Source: Alphaproteobacteria bacterium (GTDB lineage Bacteria; Pseudomonadota; Alphaproteobacteria; UBA828). Taken from it: a stretch of DNA of 64,000 bases. Under the pieces are notes generated by a model. That model saw only the letters and a list, made by a program, of their open reading frames with translations, made no database searches and had not been told where the DNA came from. Location: NCBI GenBank assembly GCA_963667785.2, contig CAXXMU010000001.1:512001-576000 (forward strand). Reading direction: 5' to 3'. A program made the position numbers and the translations under genes. The first letter of the stretch is position 1. Each line of letters starts with the position of its first letter. Shown here in pieces: positions 1 through 9,851 of the stretch.

Positions 1-525
1 GTCGACATCCTCGTCAACAACGCCGGCCAGGCCGTGATCGGCGGCGTGGAGGAGGTGGCGCGTCCCGACTGGGACCGCCAGATGGATGTCAACGTCACCA
101 GCATCTACCGGGGCGCCAAGGCGGTCTGGGGCCACATGCGCGAGCGTGGCGGCGGCGCGATCCTGAACACCGCCTCCGTCGCCGGCCTCATCGGCACGCC
201 GGGGCAGGTGGCCTACGCCACCTCCAAGGGCGCCGTCGTCATGCTGACCAAGTGCCTGGCCCTGGACGGCGCGAAGGACAAGATCAGGGTCAACTGCGTC
301 TGCCCCGGCTGGGTGCAGACGCCGATGGTCGACTACCACCTCTCCCAGCTCGACGACCCGGAGGCGTTCAGGGAGCGGCTCGCGCGGCTGCACCCCTTGG
401 GCGTGGGCGAGCCGGCGGATATCGCCGCCGGCTTCGTCTACCTCGCGTCCGACGAGGCGCGATGGGTCACCGGCATCGCGCTCACCATCGACGGCGGCGT
501 GAGCTGCGGGCTCGTGCCCGAGTGA
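1..525 (+). CDS. SDR-family NAD(P)-dependent oxidoreductase (5' end outside the window)
   Basis: Frame open from base 1 (VDILVNNAG); catalytic YATSK; IRVNCVCPG and C-terminal VTGIALTIDGG motifs. Confidence 0.93.
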   Translation, partial: VDILVNNAGQAVIGGVEEVARPDWDRQMDVNVTSIYRGAKAVWGHMRERGGGAILNTASVAGLIGTPGQVAYATSKGAVVMLTKCLALDGAKDKIRVNCVCPGWVQTPMVDYHLSQLDDPEAFRERLARLHPLGVGEPADIAAGFVYLASDEARWVTGIALTIDGGVSCGLVPE

Positions 526-562
526 GGGCCCGCGCGGCGCGGGCCGGCCAGCGGAGAACAGC

Positions 563-2290
563 ATGACCGGGAAGCCGAGAGGCCTTCGCCGCGCGCTCAC
601 CGACTATGGCGACCCCGGCTTCTCGCTCTTCCTGCGCAAGGCCTTCGCCAAGTCGATGGGCTACACCGACGCCGAGCTGGACCGCCCGGTGATCGGCATC
701 GCGAACACGGGCAGCGGCCTCGTGAGCTGCCACGGCACGGTGCCGGCGCTGATCGAGGCGGTGGAGCGCGGGGTCGTGGCCGCAGGCGGGCTGCCGCTCG
801 CCTTCCCCACCGTCTCGCTCGGCGAGCCCTTCATGCATCCGACGACGATGCTCTTCCGCAACCTCATGGCGATGGATACCGAAGAGATGATCCGGGCCCA
901 TCCCATCGACGCGGTGGTGCTGATCGGGGGCTGCGACAAGACCGTGCCGGCTCAGCTCATGGCGGCCGCCAGCGCCGGCGTGCCGGCGATCCAGCTCGTC
1001 ACCGGGCCGATGCTGACCGGCAGCCACAAGGGCGAGCGGCTCGGCGCCTGCACCGATTGCCGGCGCTACTGGGGCGCGCATCGGGGCGGGCGCGTCGACG
1101 AGGACGAGATCGCCGAGGTCGGCGGCCGGCTCATGCCGTCCGCCGGCACCTGCATGGTGATGGGCACCGCCAGCACCATGGCCTGCGCGGCGGAGGCACT
1201 CGGCATGATGCTGCCGGGGAGCGCCGCGATCCCGGCGGTGCTCGCGGACCGCATGCGCAACGCCCGCGAGACGGGCGCGCGCGCCGTGGCGCTGGCGGCA
1301 GAGGGGCTCGTGCCGGACCGCATCCTCACGCCCGCCGCCTTCACCAACGCGCTCCGGGTGCTGCTCGCGACGGGCGGCTCGACCAACGCGGTGATCCACC
1401 TCGCCGCGATCGCCGGGCGCTGCGGCTTCGACCTCGATCTCGACCGGCTCGACCGGCTCAGCCGCGAGACCCCGGTGCTGGTCGATCTCAAGCCCTCGGG
1501 CCAGCACTACATGGAGGATCTGAACACGGCCGGCGGGCTCGTGCCGGTGCTGCGTGCGCTCGCGGACGACCTCGACCTCGACTGCCTCACCGTGACGGGA
1601 CGGACCCTCGGCGATGAGATCGCCGCAGCGCCCGCGCCCTGGCCCCAGGAGGTGGTGCGCACGCGCGACGAGCCCATCTATCCGGAAGGCGGGATCGCCG
1701 TGCTGCGCGGCAACCTCGCGCCGGACGGCGCCATCATCAAGCAGTCGGCGGCGACGCCCGCCCTCTGCCGCCACACGGGCCGCGCGGTGGTCTTCGATTC
1801 GCTCGCCGACCTCACGGCGCGGATCGACGATCCCGCCCTGGACGTGACGCCGGACGACGTGCTGGTGCTGCGCAACGCAGGCCCGAAGGGCGCGCCCGGC
1901 ATGCCCGAGGCCGGCTACATCCCGATCCCGAAGAAGCTCGCCACCCGGGGCGTGACGGACATGGTGCGCCTCTCGGATGCGCGGATGAGCGGCACCGCCT
2001 TCGGCACCATCGTGCTCCACGCCTGTCCCGAGGCCGCCATCGGCGGGCCGCTCGCCCTGGTGGAGAGCGGCGACCGGATCGCTCTCGACGTGGCGGCACG
2101 CTCGCTCGCACTCGACGTGCCGCAGGCGACGCTGGAGGCACGCCGGGCGGCGTGGCACCCGCCGCCGCCACCACCGGGCGCCGGGCGCGGCTACCTCGCG
2201 CTTCACCTTGCCCATGTCGAGCAGGCGGACCGCGGCTGCGATCTCGACATCCTGTCCGCCCCGCGTTCGGGCCAGGCGGTGCCGATCTGA
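563..2290 (+). CDS. IlvD/Edd-family dihydroxy-acid or sugar-acid dehydratase
   Basis: GGCDKT, GTCMVMGTASTM, TGGSTNAVIHL, GPKGAPGMPE and SDARMSGT motifs; three Cys consistent with a [2Fe-2S] type. Confidence 0.92.
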   Translation: MTGKPRGLRRALTDYGDPGFSLFLRKAFAKSMGYTDAELDRPVIGIANTGSGLVSCHGTVPALIEAVERGVVAAGGLPLAFPTVSLGEPFMHPTTMLFRNLMAMDTEEMIRAHPIDAVVLIGGCDKTVPAQLMAAASAGVPAIQLVTGPMLTGSHKGERLGACTDCRRYWGAHRGGRVDEDEIAEVGGRLMPSAGTCMVMGTASTMACAAEALGMMLPGSAAIPAVLADRMRNARETGARAVALAAEGLVPDRILTPAAFTNALRVLLATGGSTNAVIHLAAIAGRCGFDLDLDRLDRLSRETPVLVDLKPSGQHYMEDLNTAGGLVPVLRALADDLDLDCLTVTGRTLGDEIAAAPAPWPQEVVRTRDEPIYPEGGIAVLRGNLAPDGAIIKQSAATPALCRHTGRAVVFDSLADLTARIDDPALDVTPDDVLVLRNAGPKGAPGMPEAGYIPIPKKLATRGVTDMVRLSDARMSGTAFGTIVLHACPEAAIGGPLALVESGDRIALDVAARSLALDVPQATLEARRAAWHPPPPPPGAGRGYLALHLAHVEQADRGCDLDILSAPRSGQAVPI

Positions 2291-2300
2291 CCGTACGGCG

Positions 2301-2410
2301 CGCGACAGGCCGCGACCGCGGCCCGCCGCTTACGCGGCGCGCCCGCGCAGGCGCCGTTAGGCGCGCGGAACCGCTGGACGGCCGGCTGCCGTGAGCGACA
2401 AAGAGCCTAG
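2301..2410 (+). repeat. Copy A of a dispersed intergenic element (core ends GGCCGGCTGCCGTGAGCGACAAAGAGC)
   Basis: Aligns by eye with 11037-11153 (same strand) and 6550-6633 (reverse complement). Confidence 0.8.
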
Positions 2411-3057
2411 TCCTCCAGCAGGGCTGCCAGGTCGGGCAGGCGGGGCACCACGGCGAGCGGCGCGCCTGCGGCGAAGTGCTCCGGCGTGCCGACGCCGACG
2501 AAGGGGATGCCCGCCAGCGCGGCCTGCTGCATGTCGGTCTGCGAATCGCCGGCGAAGAGGGCATCGGCCGGGGCTAGGCCGCACGCCTTGAGGACTCGTT
2601 CCATGTGGACATGCTTGGGCGTCTCCCGCGTCGCCCCGTGGACGGACGCGAGGAAGGAGATCAGCCCGAAGCGCGCGAGCTGCCGTCGGGCCTCCTCCTC
2701 CGGCACGCCGGTCACCACGGCCACCGGCCGCTTCGCCGCCTGGGCGACGATGAATTCGCGGACGCCGGGGAAGAGGCCGACGGCATCGTTGATGGCGTCG
2801 ATGCGCGCGAGAAAGGCGGCCGTGATGCGTGCGCGCACGGGCGCGTCGAGCGCCTTCCCGGTCAGGTCCCTGTAGATGCGGTCGAACTGCGCCTCGCGCC
2901 CGCTGCCCGCATGGCGCCGGAAGCCCTCGGCGATGGCGGCGCGGTCGCTGCTGTAGGGTGCGAAGGCGTCCGCCACGGCCTCCGCCTTGGGCCCCATGCT
3001 GTCGACGATCACCCCGTCATAGTCGAGGAACAGAATTCTGGGCCTCGCAACCCGCAT
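2407..3057 (-). CDS. HAD-family hydrolase (phosphoglycolate phosphatase-like)
   Basis: Motif I DYDGVIVDS, motif II VVTG, Lys in PK, motif IV GDSQTD. Confidence 0.9.
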   Translation of the reverse strand: MRVARPRILFLDYDGVIVDSMGPKAEAVADAFAPYSSDRAAIAEGFRRHAGSGREAQFDRIYRDLTGKALDAPVRARITAAFLARIDAINDAVGLFPGVREFIVAQAAKRPVAVVTGVPEEEARRQLARFGLISFLASVHGATRETPKHVHMERVLKACGLAPADALFAGDSQTDMQQAALAGIPFVGVGTPEHFAAGAPLAVVPRLPDLAALLED

Positions 3058-3135
3058 GCCTCACGCTCCGCCCCGGCCGTTTGACCTGCGCGCCATAGTG
3101 CCGCAAAACCGCCCCTCGGCCGAACGGAACGCGTG

Positions 3136-4536
3136 ATGACGGCACCCCACGAGCGGCTGCGCGCCAGGCTCGGCGACCCGGCGCTCTATCTCGACAACCC
3201 CGCCGACACCGCCCCCTACGGGCGCGACTGGATCGGCAAGTACGAGGGCGCCGTGCCGCTGGTGGTGCGGCCGCGCTCGACCGCGGAGGTCTCCGCCGTG
3301 CTCGCCGCCTGCACCGAGCTCGACGTGCCGGTGGTGCCCCAGGCCGGCAATACCGGGATGGTGGGGGGCTCCGTGCCGCGCGCGGGCGAGGTGGTGCTGA
3401 GCGTCGAGCGGATGGGCACGATCGAGGCGTTCGACGAGGCCTCGGCCACCGTGCGGGTTCAGGCCGGAGTCGTGCTCGAGGCGCTGCAGGGCTTCCTTGC
3501 CGAGCGGGGCTGCGACATGCCGGTGGACCTCGGCGCCCGCGGCTCCTGCCGGATCGGCGGCATGATCGCGACCAACGCCGGCGGCATCAAGGTGCTGCGC
3601 TACGGCCACATGCGCGAGCAGGTGCGCGGCCTCGAGGTCGTGCTCGCCGACGGCACCGTGGTGGAAGGCCTCAACATCCTCCGGAAGAACAACACGGGCC
3701 TCGACCTGAAGCAGGTCTTCATCGGCTCCGAGGGGACGCTCGGCGTGATCACCCGCGCCGTGCTCCAGGCCCAGCCCGCGCCGCAGGCCTTCCAGACCGC
3801 GCTCGCAGGGCTCGCAAGCCGCACGCTGCTGCCCGGCCTGCTGCAGGCGGCCCGCGCCCGCTTCCCCCGCCTCTCCTCCCTGGAATTCGTCGACGGCGTG
3901 ACCGTGGCCTACGTCCGCGAGGCCGATCCCGACCTGCGCATCCCGCTCGCGGGCGAGCACGGGAGCTACGTCGTGATCGAGGAGGAATGCGCGGCCGGCG
4001 AGGCGGCGGGCGAGGCGTTTGCCGCCGGGCTCGAGAGCCTGCTCGAGGACGGCCTGATCGCGGATGCCGTCATCGCCGGCTCCGAGGCCCAGGCGCGGGC
4101 GATCTGGCGCGTGCGCGAGGCGCCGACCGAGACGGTGAGCCGGCGCGGGCTCACCCACAAGTTCGACGTGACCGTGCCGCCCGGCGTGATCCCCGCCTTC
4201 CTCGGCGAGATGGAGACGCTGGCGGACGGGTTTCCCGGCGTGCGCGCGGTCCTCTTCGGCCATCTCGGCGACGGCAACGTCCACGTCAACATGGCCCAGG
4301 AGCCGGGCCTCGCCGACGCCGACTTCCGGGCCATGGAGGCCGACCTGGCGGACGCGATCTACGGCGCCGTGCACGGCCACCGCGGCAGCATCAGCGCCGA
4401 GCACGGCATCGGCGTGATGAAGCGCGCCTATCTCCCGCTTGCGCGCTCGCCGGAGGAGATCGCCCTGATGCGCACGCTCAAGGCCGCGCTCGACCCCAAG
4501 GGCATCCTCAACCCCGGCGTGATACTCGGGCCTTGA
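3136..4536 (+). CDS. FAD-binding oxidoreductase (D-2-hydroxyglutarate/D-lactate dehydrogenase, GlcD-like)
   Basis: PQAGNTGMVGGSVP, IGGMIATNAGG, GSEGTLGVIT, GHLGDGNVH, SAEHGIG, LDPKGILNPG. Confidence 0.92.
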   Translation: MTAPHERLRARLGDPALYLDNPADTAPYGRDWIGKYEGAVPLVVRPRSTAEVSAVLAACTELDVPVVPQAGNTGMVGGSVPRAGEVVLSVERMGTIEAFDEASATVRVQAGVVLEALQGFLAERGCDMPVDLGARGSCRIGGMIATNAGGIKVLRYGHMREQVRGLEVVLADGTVVEGLNILRKNNTGLDLKQVFIGSEGTLGVITRAVLQAQPAPQAFQTALAGLASRTLLPGLLQAARARFPRLSSLEFVDGVTVAYVREADPDLRIPLAGEHGSYVVIEEECAAGEAAGEAFAAGLESLLEDGLIADAVIAGSEAQARAIWRVREAPTETVSRRGLTHKFDVTVPPGVIPAFLGEMETLADGFPGVRAVLFGHLGDGNVHVNMAQEPGLADADFRAMEADLADAIYGAVHGHRGSISAEHGIGVMKRAYLPLARSPEEIALMRTLKAALDPKGILNPGVILGP

Positions 4537-4615
4537 CCCGATCCACCGGCCATCCAGCCGAACCTGTTCGCCAGTCCCCGGCGGACTCTTAAGCCGGCGC
4601 GCGCGGCCGCCGGCC

Positions 4616-5449
4616 TCATTCGCGCGGCGGCTTGAGCGCGAGCCACGCGTTCGCGGCGTCCTCCATCGTCATGAAGCGCGCGCCGAGCCGCATGAGGGCG
4701 TCGATCAGGCGCTCCAGCATCATCATGCGATGGCCGCGGCCGATGACGAAGGGATGGCAGGTGTAGGTGAGCACGCCCCAGTCCATGGTGCGGGTCATGT
4801 ACGCGAAGTCGTCCTCCCAGTTCTGCAGCACGCCGCCCGCCGGCATCAGGCCCTGGAGCCGGTAGCGCTTGGTCTGCACGAACTCGAAGTGCGGGTAGTC
4901 GTCCAGCGTCCAGCTTATGGGCATCTCGACCAGGCTGGTCTCGGGCCCGAAGCGCATGGGTTCCTCGAGCGCGATCACGTCGCCGGTGCGGGCGAAGTAG
5001 GGCGTGTAGTCGTTCCCCATCATGCTGCTCTCGTAGAGGAAGCCGCGCGAGACCAGCAGCTCCACCGTGTTCTCGCTCAGGTCCCAGGCGGGCGAGCGGT
5101 AGCCGCGCGGCTTCCGCCCGCAGAGCCTCGCGATCGCCTCGCTGCCGCGTTCGAGCCCCGCTTCCTCCTCGTCGCGCGACATGGTCACGGGCGTCATGTG
5201 GGTCCAGCCGTGATGGCCGATCTCGTGGCCTGCGTCCGCGATGCGGGCCGACATCGCGGGATAGGTCTCGATGGTGTGGCCGGGGATGAACCAGGTCGCC
5301 GGGATGTCGTGCCGCGCGAGCAGGGCCAGGATGCGCTCGGCGCCGACGAGGCCGAACTCGCCGCGGCTGATCGGCGTCGGCGAGCGCATGCCCTGCGCGA
5401 TGACGCCGGAGACGGCGTCGAAGTCGAAGGTCAGGCAGGCGATGTGCAT
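4616..5449 (-). CDS. Polysaccharide deacetylase (CE4, PuuE/PgdA-like)
   Basis: LTFDFD, ATWFIPG, HEIGHHGWTH, GYRSPAW, HPFVIGR; start placed at MHIAC behind a GGAGGG RBS. Confidence 0.88.
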   Translation of the reverse strand: MHIACLTFDFDAVSGVIAQGMRSPTPISRGEFGLVGAERILALLARHDIPATWFIPGHTIETYPAMSARIADAGHEIGHHGWTHMTPVTMSRDEEEAGLERGSEAIARLCGRKPRGYRSPAWDLSENTVELLVSRGFLYESSMMGNDYTPYFARTGDVIALEEPMRFGPETSLVEMPISWTLDDYPHFEFVQTKRYRLQGLMPAGGVLQNWEDDFAYMTRTMDWGVLTYTCHPFVIGRGHRMMMLERLIDALMRLGARFMTMEDAANAWLALKPPRE

Positions 5450-5642
5450 GGCCGTCCCTCCCGGTCGGTTTGCGCGTTCATCATGTCCAATTTCCCGCGA
5501 TTCCGCATCATTACGCCCTGTCCCGGACCGCGCATTGCGGTATCGTGAGCGCCCCGCCACGGTGTGAAGCAATCATGTCCACAGTGCGCCGCAACAACCC
5601 CGGCGCGGTCTCCTCCGGCCGCGCGCCCGCGTCGGTCGCGCC

Positions 5643-6518
5643 GTGATCGCCGGGTCGGCGCTTCTCGGCACGGGCGCCGCCGCGAGCTGGGGCGTCGGCG
5701 ACTTCACGGCCCGCTTCCTGGGCCGCGCGGTCGGCGTGCCGCAGGGGCTGTTCGGCATGATGCTGGTCGGCAGCCTTGCGGTCGGCATCTACATCCTGGC
5801 CAGCGGCGAGACGCTCGTGTGGGAGCTCTCCGGCCTCTGGCTGCTGGTGCTCAACGGCGTCGCCACCATGCTGGCGACGCTCATGCTGTTCGAGGCGCTC
5901 ACCCGCGGCCCGGTCTCGCTCGGCTCGCCCATGGTCTCCAGCTACCCGGCGTTCGCGGTGCCGATCACGGTCGCCTTCGGCGCCCGGCCGGAGATCATCC
6001 ACTGGATAGCGATGGCGGCCACCCTCGGCGGCGTCTGGCTGGTGGCGCTCGCGGTCTACCGCGTGGACGCGGGCGACAAGCCGGAATATGCGCCGGCGGT
6101 GCTGCGCCGCGCCGTGCTGCTCGCGATCGGTGCGGCCTTCTTCTTCGCCGTCGCCCTGCTTGCCGCCGACGAGGCGATCGAGCGCTACGGCCTCCCGCTC
6201 ACCCTGCTGTCGGGGCGCATCGTCGGCGCCGCGGTCCTGGGCGCGTGGTTCCTCGCCGTGCGCAAGCTGCCGCGCATGCCGGTGCGCGCGTGGCCGCTGA
6301 TCCTCCTCATCGCCCTGGTGGACACCCTCGGCTACGTCTTCGTCTACGCCGGGCTCGCGCTCGAGAACGGCGAGTTCGCGATCGTCACCAGCTCCGCCTA
6401 TTCGGTGGTGACGATCCTGCTGGCGCGCATCTTCCTGCGCGAGCAGGTGGTGCCGCTGCAGTGGCTCGGCGTCGCGATCGTCATCGCCGGCATCGGCACG
6501 CTGTCCGCGACCGGGTAG
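5643..6518 (+). CDS. DMT/EamA-family membrane transporter
   Basis: About 10 hydrophobic helices in two repeats; AAASWGVGDF start and LARIFLREQV near the end. Confidence 0.85.
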   Translation: MIAGSALLGTGAAASWGVGDFTARFLGRAVGVPQGLFGMMLVGSLAVGIYILASGETLVWELSGLWLLVLNGVATMLATLMLFEALTRGPVSLGSPMVSSYPAFAVPITVAFGARPEIIHWIAMAATLGGVWLVALAVYRVDAGDKPEYAPAVLRRAVLLAIGAAFFFAVALLAADEAIERYGLPLTLLSGRIVGAAVLGAWFLAVRKLPRMPVRAWPLILLIALVDTLGYVFVYAGLALENGEFAIVTSSAYSVVTILLARIFLREQVVPLQWLGVAIVIAGIGTLSATG

Positions 6519-6664
6519 AGCGAGACCGTCTTCGACGGGCTCGCGACAGCCTCTTTGTCGCTCACGGCAGCCGGCCCTTGGCCGGCGCCTCCGCGAGGGC
6601 GCCGCATGCGCGGCGGGCCGCAGTCGCGGCCTAGGGCGTATCCGTCAAAGACGGATACGCCCTA
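6515..6664 (-). repeat. Copy B of the dispersed element, flanked by two REP-like hairpins
   Basis: GTAGAGCGAGACCGTC-ttc-GACGGGCTCGC on the left, inverted core in the middle, perfect TAGGGCGTATCCGTC-aaa-GACGGATACGCCCTA on the right. Confidence 0.82.
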
Positions 6665-7759
6665 TATCACCCGCTCGCTCTCCGGGTCGACGAGCACGGC
6701 ACGGTTCATGTCCACGTCGAGCGCGAGCACGTCCCCGGGCTTCTCGGCGGCCGAGCCGTCGAGGCGCACGAGCATCGAGGTCTCGCCGAGGTGGAAGTTG
6801 ACGAGCGTGTTGGCGCCCATGGGCTCGACGATCTCGACCGTCACCGCGAGCCTGGCGCAGCCGGGCCGCGGCGCTTCGCCCTCGGCCCGGTACATGTGCT
6901 CGGGCCTGATGCCCAGCAGCACGGCGCGCCCGGCATCGCCGGCAAGGCGCGCCGCGCGCTCCGGCGGGAGCGCGAAGGCCTGGTCGCCGACGCTCACGCC
7001 TGCCGCGCCGTCCGTCGCCTCGATCCGCGCGCGGGAGAAGTTCATCGCGGGCGAGCCGATGAAGCCCGCGACGAAGCGGGTCTGCGGCCGCTCGTAAAGC
7101 TCGAGCGGCGGCCCCTCCTGCTCGATCTGGCCGTCGCGCAGCAGCACGATCCGGTCGGCCAGCGTCATGGCCTCCACCTGATCGTGGGTGACGTAGATCA
7201 TGGTCCGCTGCATGTCCTGATGCAGCCGCTTGATCTCGGTGCGCATCTCGTCGCGAAGCTGCGCGTCCAGGTTGCTGAGCGGCTCGTCGAAGAGATAGAG
7301 CTTCGCGTCCCGCACCAGCGCGCGCCCCATGGCGACGCGCTGGCGCTGCCCGCCGGAAAGCTGGCGCGGCTGGCGGTCCAGCAGGTCCGAAATGCCGAGC
7401 ATCGTCGCAGCGCGCTCCACCCGCGGGCGAATCTCGGCGCTGGGCGCGTTCCGCATGCGGAGGCCGAAGGCCACGTTCTCGAAGACCGACATGTGCGGGT
7501 AGAGCGCGTAGTTCTGGAACACCATCGCCACGTCCCGGTCCTTGGGCCGGACGTCGTTGACTACGGCGCCGTCGATCTCCACCGCACCCTCGGTCACCTC
7601 CTCGAGCCCTGCGATCATGCGCAAGAGCGTGCTCTTGCCGCAGCCGGACGGGCCGACCAGCACGGTGAACGCGCGGTCCGGAATCTCGATGTCCACCCCC
7701 CGCACGGCATGGACCTTGCCAAAGCGCTTGTGCACGCCGTGAAGCCTGACGCCCGCCAT
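6662..7759 (-). CDS. Carbohydrate ABC transporter ATP-binding subunit (MalK/UgpC family)
   Basis: Walker A GPSGCGKST, VFQNYALYPHM, LSGGQRQR, DEPLSNLD, YVTHDQVEA; C-terminal TOBE region. Confidence 0.95.
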   Translation of the reverse strand: MAGVRLHGVHKRFGKVHAVRGVDIEIPDRAFTVLVGPSGCGKSTLLRMIAGLEEVTEGAVEIDGAVVNDVRPKDRDVAMVFQNYALYPHMSVFENVAFGLRMRNAPSAEIRPRVERAATMLGISDLLDRQPRQLSGGQRQRVAMGRALVRDAKLYLFDEPLSNLDAQLRDEMRTEIKRLHQDMQRTMIYVTHDQVEAMTLADRIVLLRDGQIEQEGPPLELYERPQTRFVAGFIGSPAMNFSRARIEATDGAAGVSVGDQAFALPPERAARLAGDAGRAVLLGIRPEHMYRAEGEAPRPGCARLAVTVEIVEPMGANTLVNFHLGETSMLVRLDGSAAEKPGDVLALDVDMNRAVLVDPESERVI

Positions 7760-7769
7760 CCGGCTCCTC

Positions 7770-8639
7770 CTAGCCCTTGACCGCGCCCATGGTGATCCCG
7801 CGCACGAGGAAGCGCTGGAGCGTCGCCACGGCGAAGAACACCGGCAGGGTGCCGAGCACGGAGAGTGCCGCGATCTTCGACCAGAAGGTCGACTGGGCGC
7901 CGTAATAGTGGGTGACCAGCACGGGGAAGGTGAGCACCTCGGTGCGGGTCAGGATCAGCGCGAAGACGAACTCGTTCCACGCGAAGATGAAGGTGAACAC
8001 CGCGGTCGCGAAGATGCCGGTGCGCGCCATCGGGAAGACGATCTTGCGCAGCGCCTGCCAGCGCGAGCAGCCGTCGGTGAGCGCGCTCTCCTCCACCTCC
8101 ACCGGGATGTCCTCGATGTAGCCGCGCATCATCCAGATCACGTAGGGCAGGTTGAACGCGATGTAGAGCAGGATCAGCCCGACATAGCTGTCGATCCAGC
8201 CGAACCAGACGAACAGCAGGAAGATCGGGAAGACGATGACGATGGGCGGGATCATCCGCTGCGAGATGATCCAGATCGCGAGGTTCTGGCCGCCGGTCTT
8301 GAAGCGGGCGAGGCTGTAGGCGGCCGCGGTGCCGAGGATCATCGCGACGACGGTGGAGACGCTGGCGATGATAAGGCTGTTGTAGATCGCCCAGACGTCG
8401 CCGTCCTTGAACAGCACCCCGAAGATGCGAAAGCTCGGCTGCTCCGGGAACCAGACCGGCGGGCGGGCGAAGATGTCGCCCGCCGACTTGATCGAGGTGA
8501 TGAAGAGCCAGTAGACGGGGAAGAGGAAGAACACCAGCACCACGAGCGCGATCAGGAAGCGCCAGGCCATGCGCCGGCGCTCGCGCGTCAGCCAGGGCGG
8601 CCACCTGCTCGTGCGCACGGGCGCAGTGTCCACCGTCAT
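7770..8639 (-). CDS. Carbohydrate ABC transporter permease (MalG-like)
   Basis: EAA loop EVEESALTDGCS, FIFAWNEF, C-terminal LVRGITMGAVKG. Confidence 0.93.
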   Translation of the reverse strand: MTVDTAPVRTSRWPPWLTRERRRMAWRFLIALVVLVFFLFPVYWLFITSIKSAGDIFARPPVWFPEQPSFRIFGVLFKDGDVWAIYNSLIIASVSTVVAMILGTAAAYSLARFKTGGQNLAIWIISQRMIPPIVIVFPIFLLFVWFGWIDSYVGLILLYIAFNLPYVIWMMRGYIEDIPVEVEESALTDGCSRWQALRKIVFPMARTGIFATAVFTFIFAWNEFVFALILTRTEVLTFPVLVTHYYGAQSTFWSKIAALSVLGTLPVFFAVATLQRFLVRGITMGAVKG

Positions 8640-9550
8640 CGCGCGATCTCCACGCGCTTGAGCGCGAAGATGACGATGATCGACAGCAGGATGATCACCA
8701 GGAAGGCGATCGCACCCGCATAGCTCGTCTCGAATTCCTTGAAGGCGCGGATGTAGGTGTAGATCGAGATCGTCTCGGTGAGCGTTCCCGGCCCGCCCTT
8801 GGTCATCGCCCAGATGATGTCGAAGATGCGGAAGAGGTCGAGCGCGCGGATCAGGATGGCGATGATGAGGACCGGCTTGATGACCGGCAGCGTGATCCTG
8901 AAGAAGATCTTCCAGAACGAGGCGCCGTCGATCTCAGCCGCCTCGATCAGGCTGCGGTCGACGTTCGACAGCGCGGCCAGCAGGATCAGGAACATGAACG
9001 GCGTCCACTGCCACACTTCGCAGATCAGGATCGCCGGATAGACCCACTCGGGCCTGGACAGCCAGAGGATCGCCACCGGTTCCGACGAGAACCAGCCGAT
9101 GATCTGGTTGATCGGCCCGTACTGGTTGTCGAACATCAGCCGCCAGGTCGAGCCCGCGACGATGGGCGAAATCACGGTCGGGATGATGAGAAGCGCGACG
9201 AACACCTGCTTCAGCGGCATCTTCTCGAGGAAGAGCTGCGCCATCAGCAGGCCCAGCACCAGCTCGATCGGCAGCGCGATCGCCAGGATCAGGAAGGTGT
9301 GGCCCATCGATTCCCAAAGCCGCGTGTCGGAGAAGAGGGCCGCGTAGTGCTTGCCGCCGGACCAGGACGTGTCCTCGGCCAGCATGGTGATGTCCTGGAA
9401 GCTGACGATGCCGGTATGGATGATGGGGTAGAGGCCGATCAGCAGGAGCACGATGATCGACGGTGCGATCACCAGCCACTTGAAATGCCGGTCGGCGAAG
9501 AGGCTGAGGCGGCCGGCGGCATGCGGGTCCCGGCCCGCGACGGTCGTCAC
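8636..9550 (-). CDS. Carbohydrate ABC transporter permease (MalF-like)
   Basis: EVWQWTPF, EAAEIDGAS, MTKGGPG; 4-bp overlap with the next gene. Confidence 0.93.
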   Translation of the reverse strand: MTTVAGRDPHAAGRLSLFADRHFKWLVIAPSIIVLLLIGLYPIIHTGIVSFQDITMLAEDTSWSGGKHYAALFSDTRLWESMGHTFLILAIALPIELVLGLLMAQLFLEKMPLKQVFVALLIIPTVISPIVAGSTWRLMFDNQYGPINQIIGWFSSEPVAILWLSRPEWVYPAILICEVWQWTPFMFLILLAALSNVDRSLIEAAEIDGASFWKIFFRITLPVIKPVLIIAILIRALDLFRIFDIIWAMTKGGPGTLTETISIYTYIRAFKEFETSYAGAIAFLVIILLSIIVIFALKRVEIAR

Positions 9551-9851
9551 GCGCGGGCCTTCACCGCCGGGTCGCCGGCGGGATCAGCAGCGTGCGCACC
9601 GTGCCGCTCCGGTCCATGCCTGACTGCCCTGCCATGGTCCTTCCGCACGGCGTTGAGAGGTAGCGGAAACGCGCGTCGGGCGCAATGTCCGTCGCCCGTC
9701 GCCTGTCCGTCGCGGCGGCCGGCGGGAGCGGGCGCCGCGTCGCCCCATCGGCCATCGGCAAGGAGGGCGGTTGCGCGTAAGATGCGCCGGCAATCGGTGC
9801 GGCGGGACGCCCGCGCGGGACAGGGCCGTGCGTAGAACGGGAGAGTGAGCG

